Part shown: positions 34,173-43,902 of the stretch, piece by piece | Position numbering within the stretch: the stretch's first letter is position 1 | Layout: each line of letters starts with the position of its first letter | IMG/VR virus record: IMGVR_UViG_2690315896_000002 | Coordinates: 2,287-66,286 of that record | Reading direction: 5' to 3' (one strand) | DNA length: 64,000 nt | From: a virus | Lineage: Duplodnaviria; Caudoviricetes | Notes under the pieces: generated by a model | What the model was told of the DNA's origin: nothing | Database searches by the model: none | Seen by the model: only the letters and a program-made list of their open reading frames with translations | Position numbers and translations under genes: made by a program

Positions 34173-35468
34173 TCAGCCGCGCGGCTTCATGATGGGCACA
34201 GCGGTGTCCAGGACGGTCACGCCGTGGTCGGTCAGCTCTTCGTGGTCGCCGTGATCCACCATGAAGCGGATCTTCGAGGCGCCCCAGATGGCGCCGATCA
34301 GCATTTCCATCTTGTCGCCGTGATCTCCTGGTTCTTCGCTCCAGAAGAAGGGGATGCCCGAATGCTCGGAGGCACCGAAGGCCATGGCCAGCGCTTGGCC
34401 GCCCAGCAGGAGGCCACGATCCACCGCCCACTTGTCGCCAAAGGAAGCGGGCACGCGGCACACCGACTCGTCTTCCTTGTCGTAGGCCGCGCAGTAGCGG
34501 ATTTCGTCGCCAGCGTAGAAGCGGATGGCCTTCGGGTTCTTGAGGATCAGGATGCCGTTCCAGAGGCCGGCATCGCCGAGGAACAGCGGATGATCCTTTG
34601 CCAGCCGGGCACGAGCATGGGCGTTTGCCTGGAATGAACGGAAAGCCGGGTGCGTCGAGAAGCCGCTGTACTGCGCGGGCGTGGCCAGGAGCACGCGGAT
34701 GGGGCTGTCCGTCGCCGCTTGGTCGTTGTCGAACTCCACCGGAGGGGGAGGCAGTGGGACGTTGTCGCCCCACATGCGCACCGAGTCCAGCACTTCCATG
34801 CTGAGCGTGTCGGTGGTGGCGATGACAAGCTCGCCCGAATTCACCTTCACCTCGGCAATGGTGCCCGCGCCGGCCACCAGATGGCGGTTCCTGGTGGGCG
34901 CCTTCACGCGGTTCACCATGATCTTGTTGTAATCAGGGTGCGTGTTCACAGGCACGGACCACTCGATGCGGTGATCCTGGAAGCCGCGCGCGCCGGACAG
35001 GTGAACCAGGATGGACTGGTCCATGTACTGGTTCATCAGCTTCTGCGCCTTCGGCCGGGCCATGCGGCGCTGGTCGAAGGGCGTGCGGAAGGTCGTCATG
35101 GTGTTGCCCATGTCGATGGGGAAGCGCGCCTGGTTGATGCGCAGCTTGTCCTCGCTGTACGACATGCCGATGCCCTTGCCCTCGGCGTAGTCGCTGCCCA
35201 TGACGGGGTAGCCGCCGATGGGGTTGTCCAGGTGGAAGGTGATTTCGTCACCCTTGAATTTCGTCAGGTTCTGGGCCTGCACGATGGGCATGCTCGTCTT
35301 GGACTGGTTGCCTTTGGCTGCCGCGACGGCTGCACCCACCTGGGGCATGGCGCCCGTCAGGTGGCGCATCTGCGTGTTGCGCTGGCTGCAGGTGTTGAAC
35401 ACACCCACGGCCTGATGGATCATGTTGCCCGCCTGACCCGCAGGCGTGTTGGTCTTGCTCTCGCTCAT
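34173..35468 (-). CDS. Major capsid protein (N4-gp56/DUF4043 type)
   Basis: KGDEITF, LSGARG, HPLF.G..G.W.G, RGLLLGGQALA, DHGV motifs. Confidence 0.88.
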   Translation of the reverse strand: MSESKTNTPAGQAGNMIHQAVGVFNTCSQRNTQMRHLTGAMPQVGAAVAAAKGNQSKTSMPIVQAQNLTKFKGDEITFHLDNPIGGYPVMGSDYAEGKGIGMSYSEDKLRINQARFPIDMGNTMTTFRTPFDQRRMARPKAQKLMNQYMDQSILVHLSGARGFQDHRIEWSVPVNTHPDYNKIMVNRVKAPTRNRHLVAGAGTIAEVKVNSGELVIATTDTLSMEVLDSVRMWGDNVPLPPPPVEFDNDQAATDSPIRVLLATPAQYSGFSTHPAFRSFQANAHARARLAKDHPLFLGDAGLWNGILILKNPKAIRFYAGDEIRYCAAYDKEDESVCRVPASFGDKWAVDRGLLLGGQALAMAFGASEHSGIPFFWSEEPGDHGDKMEMLIGAIWGASKIRFMVDHGDHEELTDHGVTVLDTAVPIMKPRG

Positions 35469-35480
35469 GGCGATGACTCC

Positions 35481-36500
35481 TTAGATTCGACGGTCGAGCC
35501 ATGCCTCGATCTGCGCGGGCGACATGCCTTGTGTCGCCGCGAGCATTTCGGGGCCGGACATATCCGCCGTGCGGTCCAGGCCGTTGGCAGCCTCGCCGCG
35601 AGCGCCGGGGATGCCGGACAAGCTCACGGGGGGGTCTACTTCGGTCTTGGCTTTCGCCACGGCGGCGCTGGCAGCGGCCTTGGGGTCGGCAGCTGCGGTG
35701 GTGGTGGGCTTCGGCGTGGTCGCCGCCTTGAAGGCGTCGAACACCTCCACGATTTCTTGGGCCGTGCCGCCTGTCTTGGCGTCGAAGAGACCCCAATAGG
35801 CGTTGCGCACTGCACTGGGCTGGGCGTTCACCCAGGCCTCGAACTCGCTGCTTTGGGCAATCGAATCCGCGTCCGGGTGCTTGGTGTAGATGGCGTCGTA
35901 GTGCGCTTGCGCCTCGTCCTTCGCCTGCTTGGTGGCCATGGGTGCCAGCGCGGCAGCTACCCGCGCCTCCACCTGCTGGGCCACCAGCTTCTCGATGCCC
36001 TTGGCAAGCGCTTCCTCCGAGAAGTCGCCAAACAGGCTCGCGTCCGTGCCGGCCTCGATGGCAGCCTCTGCAGTGGCCACCATGTTGTCGGTCTTGGTCG
36101 CGGGCTTGCCGGCGTCTGCTCGGGCCTGCGCCTGGGACTGCAGGGCTGCCAGCTGCTGCTCGGCCGCCTCCGCCTTCTCTTTCCAGTGCTTCTCGCCGTT
36201 GCGGGCGTCCACCAGCTTCTGGTAGTCGATGGTGTGTTTGCCATCGCGCGCCAGCACCACGGATTTGGCGGGGTCTTCCGCGTCGGTCGTGGCGCCAGCT
36301 TCCTTGCCGGCTTCGGCGCCCGCGGCGGGCGTGCCGTTGTTGTCGCCATCGGCGGGCGCGTTGTCGTCCTTCGCAGGGGTGGCGCCGGGCTCGCCACCGT
36401 TGTCCGGCTGGTTGCCGGTATCGCCCTCGCCGCTGGCCAGCGCCAGCAGTGCCTGCTCAGGCGTCAGTGCGCCGTCGATGTTTGAATAGTCGAAGTCCAT
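35481..36500 (-). CDS. Scaffolding protein
   Basis: Acidic/Ala-rich, DGKHTIDY..L motif, upstream of capsid. Confidence 0.75.
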   Translation of the reverse strand: MDFDYSNIDGALTPEQALLALASGEGDTGNQPDNGGEPGATPAKDDNAPADGDNNGTPAAGAEAGKEAGATTDAEDPAKSVVLARDGKHTIDYQKLVDARNGEKHWKEKAEAAEQQLAALQSQAQARADAGKPATKTDNMVATAEAAIEAGTDASLFGDFSEEALAKGIEKLVAQQVEARVAAALAPMATKQAKDEAQAHYDAIYTKHPDADSIAQSSEFEAWVNAQPSAVRNAYWGLFDAKTGGTAQEIVEVFDAFKAATTPKPTTTAAADPKAAASAAVAKAKTEVDPPVSLSGIPGARGEAANGLDRTADMSGPEMLAATQGMSPAQIEAWLDRRI

Positions 36501-36655
36501 TTCGATGTCGTCCTGCTTTCCCGCCACATGTCGCCGTGGCCGCAAGGGGCAGCAATCCGGTGCGTGCCTTTGGGGCGCGCTCCATCTGCTCACATTTCCG
36601 AAGCGCAAAAGCGCCATCGGGACTCGCATCGCGGCATGCGCGGTGCTTGATTCGC

Positions 36656-36693
36656 AGTGTTGAGAGGAACGAGAAATTCCCTAAGCCCTATAC
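36656..36693 (-). promoter_or_regulatory. Late promoter motif copy 5 (scaffold/capsid operon)
   Basis: GTATAGGGCT-N22-AACACT. Confidence 0.8.
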
Positions 36694-36704
36694 CGGGCAG
36701 GCGT

Positions 36705-36729
36705 GAAAAAGCCGCCTCGGTGGGCGGCC
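36705..36729 (-). terminator. Intrinsic terminator
   Basis: GCCGCC-CACCGA-GGCGGC-TTTTT. Confidence 0.75.
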
Positions 36730-36751
36730 TGTGTTGGGGGTGGCGCTGGGC

Positions 36752-37075
36752 CTACGGCATGGCCACGTCGATGTCACTACCGTTCGGCTTAGGCCACTGC
36801 GCGGCGTTGGCCATGCTCTTGTCGATCACCACCAGAGCCTCGCCCGTGGGGTCGTTGGTCAGGGCCACCGCGCCCACCACGTCGCCCGGTCGGGCGGGCT
36901 TCACGTCCAGAAACTGGATGTGCTCGCCCTGCCCCACGCGAGCCGTGGACACGATGTCATCGGCCTGCAGCCGGATGGTGGTGCCGGCCTTGTGCTCGCC
37001 GCGCAGCAGGACGGCGTGGCTGTATTGGGCGATGGTCTGGCGGGTGGGCCATGCGGTCTTGGTGCTCATGCTCAT
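36752..37075 (-). CDS. Hypothetical protein (107 aa)
   Basis: ATGA-coupled to portal; SD AAGGAG. Confidence 0.6.
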   Translation of the reverse strand: MSMSTKTAWPTRQTIAQYSHAVLLRGEHKAGTTIRLQADDIVSTARVGQGEHIQFLDVKPARPGDVVGAVALTNDPTGEALVVIDKSMANAAQWPKPNGSDIDVAMP

Positions 37076-39411
37076 GCTCCTTGAAGGTTGTCGGAGGTGG
37101 TTGCAGTCTCGATGCCGTCCTGGCCGGTTTCGGGCTGCCGGGCCACGGGTGGAAAGTTCGGGCTGGTATTGGTCCGCACGGGTGCCGCCGCTTCTGCCTC
37201 GGCCTGAGCCAGCGCCTCGGCCTCGGGATCAACCGCCGCGCCCACGGCGCCCTGGCCCTGGATGTACGGGTCTTTGATGTTCATGGCCGCCGTCTGCGTG
37301 GGCGTGGGGAAATTCGGGTCATCGCCGCCCGGGTTGGGTTTCTGGTAGCCCTGCCCCTGCATGATCGCGTCGGCGATGGGCGCAACCATGGGCATCTGGG
37401 CGATCTGGGCCGCGCCCTGCATGGCGCTGAATGCGGCCTGCACGCCGGTCTGCACTGCCTGAGCCATCAGCTGCTTGACCTGCGCCTCGGTCAGCCGCTC
37501 CTTCATGTCCAGCTCGCGCGCCTTCAGCTCGTTGCCCGCATCCTTCAGCGCCTGGGCCACGGCTTCCTGGATGCGCTTCTCCACCTGCTCGGGCGTCTCC
37601 TGGGCGCCGGCCTGCTGCAGCGCCTCCACCAGCTCGCGCTTGAATGGCACGTCCATCAGCGAAGCCATGAGCGGCATCACCACGGCCTGGAACTGCGGCG
37701 GCATGGACTTGGCCACCTCGGACATCATGTTGAGCTGCTGGCCGCGATAGGTCGGGCTGCTCGGCACGTCCTCCAGCCCCACCATCAGGCGCGTGCGCTG
37801 CAGGTCGTTGGACAGGTAGGGGTAGCCTGCCTCGTCTTCCTCGGGGTGATTGATGACGATTGTGCGCTCGGGGCGGATCGCGTCGCCCTCGATCACCACG
37901 GTGGTCTCGGTCTTGCCCATGTCCTGCACGATCATGGCCATCAGCATCTCGCCCACCATGGTGCGACCGCGCTTGAAGTTCCCCATCATGTGGGCGAGCG
38001 ACTGATTGGCCTGCTCCACCTGTGTCCTCTCCTGCACGCCGCTGGTGGCTGTGCCGCGCCGGCCGCTGAAAGCGCCCGCAGCTGCCGGGTTGACGCGCTC
38101 GATGGCCTGCCGGGCGTTTGCGAGCATGTCCAGCTGCTGGGCGTTCATCTGGAAGTCGCGATCCACCTTGAACACTGCGCCCTCCTGGGCCATGGCCGCC
38201 GCGTCGAGCACGATGTCAGCATCCAAGCGGCCTACCGTGCGGCGAAATTGGTCGTCGGTCATTGCCACTGCGCCCTTGGTGCGGGTCACGCGGTAGGCGC
38301 TCATACCCCAGCGCAGGCGGGCATTGCCGGCATTGAGCGTGTCCTGCTGGTCCAGCATGTTGCGGATGTAGCCGAAGGGTGCGCGAGTGCTTTCCTCGCG
38401 GAAGCCCCAGAACGGGGCATAGGGAAAGTAGCGGTGCGAATAAGGCGTAGGGCCGTCGAACAGGCGGTGCGGGCCCAGCCAGTAGCTGCGACGCACGCGG
38501 GCCACCACGGCGCGGCGGTACTGAACCAGGTCGTTGGCCACCGCATGGACATGGGCGGGGTTCCTGTCGTCGTACTCCACCACGCGGCCGTCTGGGCTCT
38601 TGAGCACCACAACATCCACCCAGCGGCGGTACCACATCTCGGTGGCGCACACCTCCTTGTTGTAGGGGTTGTGCCAGCGGTCCTCATGGATGGTCCATTC
38701 ACGGGCCACGTCGAAGGCGCGATTGAGGCCCGTGCTCTGTCCGCCGAAATCCTCTCCGCTATACAGGGTCCACCAGCCAGTACCGGCCTTGCCGAACATG
38801 CGGATGAGTTCCGTGTGCTGGGGGAACACGCGGGCCAAGCGACTGGCGTGCATCCAACGCTGGCGGCGCAGCCATCGAGCGTCCGTCATGTCGTCGCGCT
38901 CACTGGCCCAGTCCCAGTGGATTTCGTTGCGGCTGATAGGCAGGCACTGGTAGGGATAGGCAAACGGGTCGTCGGCCTTGCTGACCTCCACAAAGCCCAG
39001 GCCCACGCCGATCTGCGGGTAGAAGGCCTTGCCGCACGCGTCGTCCGCCTTGCTTTGGCGCTCTGCCTCGTTCAGCTTGAAGCTGATGGCGTCGGCCACG
39101 TCCTGGCCGCCCGGCTGCCCGTTGGCCGTGACGCGCCAGTCTGTGCGGGTGGCTTCCTCGTAGCCCCGGATGCCCTCCAGGGCCGCGCCGATCAGGTTCT
39201 CCTTGGACACGGGGATGCCCTGCTGGCGCTGTGCCTCGATCAGCTCGGTCTTGAGCTGGTTGCCCTCGGCGTAGTCCATCTCCTTGTCAGCGATGGGGCG
39301 CCACTCGCGTGGCTGGTGATCGATTTCCTCGTGAATCTCGCGGTACTCGTCCACGGTCAGGGCGCCATCAGGGGTATCAACCGGGTCGATGTAGGTGTTG
39401 TCGTCAAGCAT
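37072..39411 (-). CDS. Portal protein
   Basis: DY..GNQ, FPY.PFW, PFG.IRNM.DQQ..LN, ATSG motifs of P22-like portals. Confidence 0.88.
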   Translation of the reverse strand: MLDDNTYIDPVDTPDGALTVDEYREIHEEIDHQPREWRPIADKEMDYAEGNQLKTELIEAQRQQGIPVSKENLIGAALEGIRGYEEATRTDWRVTANGQPGGQDVADAISFKLNEAERQSKADDACGKAFYPQIGVGLGFVEVSKADDPFAYPYQCLPISRNEIHWDWASERDDMTDARWLRRQRWMHASRLARVFPQHTELIRMFGKAGTGWWTLYSGEDFGGQSTGLNRAFDVAREWTIHEDRWHNPYNKEVCATEMWYRRWVDVVVLKSPDGRVVEYDDRNPAHVHAVANDLVQYRRAVVARVRRSYWLGPHRLFDGPTPYSHRYFPYAPFWGFREESTRAPFGYIRNMLDQQDTLNAGNARLRWGMSAYRVTRTKGAVAMTDDQFRRTVGRLDADIVLDAAAMAQEGAVFKVDRDFQMNAQQLDMLANARQAIERVNPAAAGAFSGRRGTATSGVQERTQVEQANQSLAHMMGNFKRGRTMVGEMLMAMIVQDMGKTETTVVIEGDAIRPERTIVINHPEEDEAGYPYLSNDLQRTRLMVGLEDVPSSPTYRGQQLNMMSEVAKSMPPQFQAVVMPLMASLMDVPFKRELVEALQQAGAQETPEQVEKRIQEAVAQALKDAGNELKARELDMKERLTEAQVKQLMAQAVQTGVQAAFSAMQGAAQIAQMPMVAPIADAIMQGQGYQKPNPGGDDPNFPTPTQTAAMNIKDPYIQGQGAVGAAVDPEAEALAQAEAEAAAPVRTNTSPNFPPVARQPETGQDGIETATTSDNLQGA

Positions 39412-39421
39412 GGTGATGTCC

Positions 39422-41182
39422 TCAAAAGCAGATGGGCACGGGCGCCTCGGTGTAGCCACGGGATGCGGTGACAAGGCTGGTCAGCATCCCCAGTTCCTTG
39501 GCCTGGGCGTACTGGCGATAGGCGTCCGCGCCCTCGCTGCAGCCGTTGCTCTTGTCGGGTGTCTCGTCCCTGTAGCGCGCGTCGGCCGTGCTCCACTTCT
39601 TGCGGTAGTGGGTCAGGCGCTCGATGCCTTCCTTGGTGCCGTCCAGGTCGAACCACGCGGCTTTCAGGTGCTTGCGCGTGGCATAGATGCCGGTGATCAG
39701 CTGGCTGACCTGGGGCACGATGAAAAAGGTGTGTCCAGGCAGCAGCTGCTGGAGCTGGTCCTTGACGGAGCGGTTGTAGTCGCCCTGCCGCTTGTGGTTG
39801 GCGTCGTGCGGCAGGAAGTGGGCGCCGTAGAGGAAGCCGCGCCGCTGCAGCTCCACTGCGTAGTGGCGCAAGTCTTCGCCGTGGCCCTCGTAGTAGCCGA
39901 TGAAGCGATCTTCCTGGCCCAGCATCTGCATGAACCAGATCGCCGTGCCGTCGGCGTTGCCGATGTCCCAGAACGTGTAGACGGGGAGGTCGAGCGTGGG
40001 CACATCCTTGATGCCGCCGCGCTTGCGCAGGGCCATCAGTTCCTTGGCGTAGTAGTTGCCCGCCACCGACTGCTGGAAGGCCTCGGCCGGCGTGCTGGGG
40101 TACTCGCGCCACATGCGCTCCTCGGCCCCGGCGAAGTCGTTGCGCTGCTTCTCCGCGTACCAAGCGCGCTGGCCGCCGTCGATGGTGCAGTCCATCAACA
40201 GCTCGATCTCATTGAAGTAGTCGATCAGCTCGTTGCTGACGGCCACGCCGGCCGGGTCCATGGTGTAGCTCGGGTCTTGCCACCATGCATAGAAGTGAAA
40301 GCGGTACTGCGCCCGGGTCAGCACGGCCTTGCCCGTCACCAGGGCCTGGGCGCGCTGGCACATCTTGTAGAACTCGCCGTCCGTGCCCTCGGCCGTGCTC
40401 TCCACCACGATGATCCCGGACAGCGGCACGGCCTGGAACGAGCCTGTGACCACTTCCTCGGCCTTCTGCGGGAACTTGGCGCAGATCTTCCCGAACTCGG
40501 ACACATGCAGGCGGTGGATGGTGCCGCCACGCACGGACGTCGCCACGCGCATGCTGCTGTTGTTGTGCGCGAACAGCAGTTCCTTCGTGCTGGCCCGCGC
40601 CAGGGGGAAGCGCTCGCGGATTTCGTCGGGCAGGTGGTCGTATGCGAACACCACCTTGTCCCGAAAGATCGCCTCAGCCGTCTCTCGGTCCTGCGCGATC
40701 ATGCCGCAGCGCTGGTTGGCGTTGAACAGGGCATGGTCGAGCCAGAGGATTGCGATCAGCGTGGTGAAGCCCAGCTGCCGCGCCTTCAAGATCAGGTTAC
40801 GGTGCCACAGGCGCTTGATGAAGCGGCGCTGCGCCCGGTTGGGCCGGAAGGGCTGCACAAAGCTCTCGTCGTCCTCGCCGTCGCCCTTGACGATGATCTG
40901 GTACAGGGCGCCCGAGAACAGGCGCCATTCGGGGTCAGCCAAGCACCGTGCCAGTTCTTCCTCGTTGGCAGGCATCTGCGGCGGGGGCTCGACCAGGATG
41001 TCGCCCTGGGGGCGCTTGGTGGCCTTGTCCCAGGCCTCGCCCAGCTGCTCATCCAGGTCGCGGCGCTGGTCCACATGGAGGATGACGGCATCATCGTCGT
41101 CCAGGCTGCCGGGCTCGGACATTGCGGCGCGCGGACGGCGGTCAATGGTGCGAGCGCGCTGAGGGTGCTTAATCGTCATCAC
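39422..41182 (-). CDS. Terminase large subunit (start uncertain)
   Basis: ILKARQLGFTT, LHVSE, VESTAEG, FWDIG nuclease motif. Confidence 0.92.
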   Translation of the reverse strand: MMTIKHPQRARTIDRRPRAAMSEPGSLDDDDAVILHVDQRRDLDEQLGEAWDKATKRPQGDILVEPPPQMPANEEELARCLADPEWRLFSGALYQIIVKGDGEDDESFVQPFRPNRAQRRFIKRLWHRNLILKARQLGFTTLIAILWLDHALFNANQRCGMIAQDRETAEAIFRDKVVFAYDHLPDEIRERFPLARASTKELLFAHNNSSMRVATSVRGGTIHRLHVSEFGKICAKFPQKAEEVVTGSFQAVPLSGIIVVESTAEGTDGEFYKMCQRAQALVTGKAVLTRAQYRFHFYAWWQDPSYTMDPAGVAVSNELIDYFNEIELLMDCTIDGGQRAWYAEKQRNDFAGAEERMWREYPSTPAEAFQQSVAGNYYAKELMALRKRGGIKDVPTLDLPVYTFWDIGNADGTAIWFMQMLGQEDRFIGYYEGHGEDLRHYAVELQRRGFLYGAHFLPHDANHKRQGDYNRSVKDQLQQLLPGHTFFIVPQVSQLITGIYATRKHLKAAWFDLDGTKEGIERLTHYRKKWSTADARYRDETPDKSNGCSEGADAYRQYAQAKELGMLTSLVTASRGYTEAPVPICF

Positions 41183-42134
41183 TCACCTGGGCGCGCGGGC
41201 CTATCGAGTTGGGGCCGGCGTCAGCAGATGGCGCCTCGGGGTCGTGCTGCACAGGGGCGAAGCCATTGGAGTTGCCGCCAGCGATGCGGTGCAGCAGCGC
41301 AGTGAGCGGGTCCACCTTCTGCTCGTTGTCCTTCTGGTACAGGCCTAGGTGCTTCCACAGCTTCTCGGCAAAGGCCTCCTTGCTGTGCATGAGCACCTGC
41401 ATGCCGTCTTTGGTGCGCTTCACGCCAGCGAACAGCTGCGCGGCGGCCGGGCTCAGGTAGCGCGTGTCCTTCACCACGTCACGGGCGAAGCCATCACCAC
41501 GGCATTCAGCGCACGCAGGGTGTGGCGCCTTCAGGGGGTCGTAGCCGATGCCGCCGCGCTCGTCGAATTCATCCTCCTTGGGCAGCCGGCCCATGCGCTG
41601 GTCCAGCATGAAGCGCTCGCGGTCCTTGTTGAACTCGGCCACGGTGCGCTGGTACTTGAAGCCCTCGCCCCAGCAGTGGCGGCAGCAGCCCACACGAACC
41701 TCGGTCAGCTCGCGGGCATCAGCGGTGGCGATCATCCAGGCCTGCAGCAGCACGGCATCAGCGCTGATCTGCGTGCGTGCCTGCTGTGCCTTCCTGGCTT
41801 CGGCCAGCGCCAGCTGGATGTACGGTTTTGACAGGTTCTCAGCGCCCATCTGCCTCGCGGTGTCAGGGCTATATCCGGCGCGGACAGCGGCCTGCGTGGC
41901 GTTTAGGTCAATCAGGTACTCATCCACAAACCGCTGCTGTTTCGCAGTCAGGCCCAGCTGTGCCGCTTCCTCGGTGCTCTGCTTTTGGACTGTGGCGCGC
42001 TTCTTGGCCGGTGCCTGGGCTCGCTGCTTGCGGGCGGGTGCGGCAGAGCCGGCCACCTTCTTGGCAGGGGTAGCGGGCTTGCGCGTCGGCTTCTTTCGGG
42101 GCGCAGGCTTCATGCCTGCTGGGTCTTTGGGCAT
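41169..42134 (-). CDS. Terminase small subunit
   Basis: LTAKQQRFVDEYLIDLNATQAAVRAGYS; Zn-ribbon insertion CRHC...CAEC. Confidence 0.9.
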   Translation of the reverse strand: MPKDPAGMKPAPRKKPTRKPATPAKKVAGSAAPARKQRAQAPAKKRATVQKQSTEEAAQLGLTAKQQRFVDEYLIDLNATQAAVRAGYSPDTARQMGAENLSKPYIQLALAEARKAQQARTQISADAVLLQAWMIATADARELTEVRVGCCRHCWGEGFKYQRTVAEFNKDRERFMLDQRMGRLPKEDEFDERGGIGYDPLKAPHPACAECRGDGFARDVVKDTRYLSPAAAQLFAGVKRTKDGMQVLMHSKEAFAEKLWKHLGLYQKDNEQKVDPLTALLHRIAGGNSNGFAPVQHDPEAPSADAGPNSIGPRAQVSDDD

Positions 42135-42141
42135 GCGCGCC

Positions 42142-42179
42142 AGTGTTCCGGCGCGTGATGCATTGGCCTAACCCTATGC
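42142..42179 (-). promoter_or_regulatory. Late promoter motif copy 6 (terS, leaderless)
   Basis: GCATAGGGTT-N22-AACACT-N7-ATG. Confidence 0.8.
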
Positions 42180-42186
42180 TGGGCAC

Positions 42187-42208
42187 AAAAAAACCGCCCG
42201 AGGGCGGT
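42187..42208 (-). terminator. Intrinsic terminator ending early/middle transcription
   Basis: ACCGCCC-TC-GGGCGG-T7. Confidence 0.75.
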
Positions 42209-42227
42209 GTGTTGAGTTGTGGGCCGG

Positions 42228-42914
42228 TCAGAACGGCACGGTGTCGCCGCACTTGGAACACTTGGTCTGGTACGGTGCGCCGGGCTGCGGGTCCGCCTCG
42301 GCGCTGCAGCCGTTGTCAGGGCAGCGGGTGATGGCGCGGAGTGGTGGCGCGACCCCCTTCAGGTTCGCGGCAGCCCAACTGCGCACTTCGCTGTACAGCT
42401 CGGTGTGGCCGCAGGGGTTGGCCCAGGTATGCACCGCCAGCTGTTGGCTCCCGTCCCAGCTGGTGGCCCAGACAGGCGCGCCGCGCGGGCCGCCACAGTG
42501 GATGCAGCGCCATGGCAAGGTCAGGGACAGGGACAGGGTGCCACCGTGCTCGGCGCATGCAGGAATCACGACAGATTGGCATTCCATCCGGGCAGCCAGG
42601 GCCTTGCGGTGGACCTGCAGATCCTCCAGCTCGCGCTGTGCCATGTCGGCGCGGTCCTGCTCGCGCTGATGGGCCTCCAACATGGTGGGGCCCGTCTCCA
42701 GGGCCTCGGTGCTGATGCCCTCGCAGGCGTTCCAGCACGCGGCCAAGCGGCGGAAGTTCGCGCGCTGGCGCTCCGTGGTCATTTCGCCATTGGCCAGCAG
42801 CGCCAGCCACCAGCGGCCGCCATCGGTCAGCATGGTGTGCTGGTTGGCCTCGCCGCCCTCGCGGAACAGGATGCGGCCGGGTGTGTGGGTCGTGCTCATG
42901 GTCGCGGCCTTCAC
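42228..42914 (-). CDS. Hypothetical protein with Zn-ribbon motifs
   Basis: ANFRRLAACWNAC; CxxC pairs. Confidence 0.65.
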   Translation of the reverse strand: MKAATMSTTHTPGRILFREGGEANQHTMLTDGGRWWLALLANGEMTTERQRANFRRLAACWNACEGISTEALETGPTMLEAHQREQDRADMAQRELEDLQVHRKALAARMECQSVVIPACAEHGGTLSLSLTLPWRCIHCGGPRGAPVWATSWDGSQQLAVHTWANPCGHTELYSEVRSWAAANLKGVAPPLRAITRCPDNGCSAEADPQPGAPYQTKCSKCGDTVPF

Positions 42915-43378
42915 AGCAGGTTGCCCAGCTCGTCGGCCAGCTTGGAGGCGCCGGCCAGCAGCTCATGGATGGCAGGGCTGTCGGTGTGGTCGCAGATCAC
43001 GTCCCAGCCGCCGTTGCCGTAGACCAGGGACATGCTGCCCAGCTTGTCCCCGATCTTGCCGTCCACGGGCAGGTGGCGCACCACCACCATTTCCTCGTCG
43101 CACTGGCCGATGTCGGCCATGATCGCGTCCAGCTCGCGGCAGCTCTTGACAGGCCATTCCTCGCCATCGAACACGCTGACGCAGTAGGCGCCGTCAGCTG
43201 CGGCCAGGATGTCGCGCACCGCACGCCGCACGATGGCGCGCTCGATCAGGACGCGCTGGCGGATGGCCACGTCCTTGACCCAGTGGAATTGCTTGAAGTG
43301 GGCGCTGTCGTCGCGCTCGTCGTACACGGCGCGGCCGGCTTGGTTCTTGATGCTGGCGAGCAGCTGCATGGCGGTCAT
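42911..43378 (-). CDS. Hypothetical protein (155 aa)
   Basis: SD AGGAG; LVYGNG.WDVI.D motif. Confidence 0.7.
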   Translation of the reverse strand: MTAMQLLASIKNQAGRAVYDERDDSAHFKQFHWVKDVAIRQRVLIERAIVRRAVRDILAAADGAYCVSVFDGEEWPVKSCRELDAIMADIGQCDEEMVVVRHLPVDGKIGDKLGSMSLVYGNGGWDVICDHTDSPAIHELLAGASKLADELGNLL

Positions 43379-43410
43379 GGTGGACTCCTGGGTGTTGGTG
43401 GTGGCGGCGG

Positions 43411-43779
43411 TCATTCGGCGGCGTAGGTCAGGGTGCAGAAGACGGGCGCGGTCAGCGTCAGCCAGTCGGCCTGTGGCGTGCTGCAGTCCCAGCAGCCGCG
43501 CTGGTCGTCCCATGCGCTGGCGTCCGGGTCGCAGGAGCCGTCCGGGAAGCCGTCGAACATGGCGAAGGTCAGGCTGCCGTCATCGTTGGCAGGCACGGCG
43601 ATCAGGTGGCCGTCGATCAGCACCATGAAGCCGACGCCATCGGAATCCTTGAGGGCCGTGCGCTCGGGCTTGTCTTGCAGCAGGGCGATGGCGGCGGCAG
43701 TCCAGCCGGCGAATGTCTTGAGGTCGTGGCCGGAAATGGCGGTCTGCACTTGCTCAGGGGTCATGGTGATTGGGGTCAT
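43411..43779 (-). CDS. Acidic hypothetical protein (122 aa)
   Basis: First gene after leftward promoter; Asp-rich. Confidence 0.65.
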   Translation of the reverse strand: MTPITMTPEQVQTAISGHDLKTFAGWTAAAIALLQDKPERTALKDSDGVGFMVLIDGHLIAVPANDDGSLTFAMFDGFPDGSCDPDASAWDDQRGCWDCSTPQADWLTLTAPVFCTLTYAAE

Positions 43780-43812
43780 GTCAGGTTCCATCTGGTGCGT
43801 TGCTGATGGCTC

Positions 43813-43882
43813 TATTTTGTAGCTACAGAATAAACAGAGCAACAGATGCCAGACTGGCGTGAAGGGTTATTTTGTAGCCACA
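43813..43882. promoter_or_regulatory. Divergent promoters with two operator palindromes TGTAGC(T/C)ACA
   Basis: 43818-27 and 43873-82; leftward TTGCTC-17-CAAAAT; rightward TACAAT 7 nt before ATG. Confidence 0.7.
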
Positions 43883-43902
43883 TTTCAAATACAATGCCGC
43901 GC

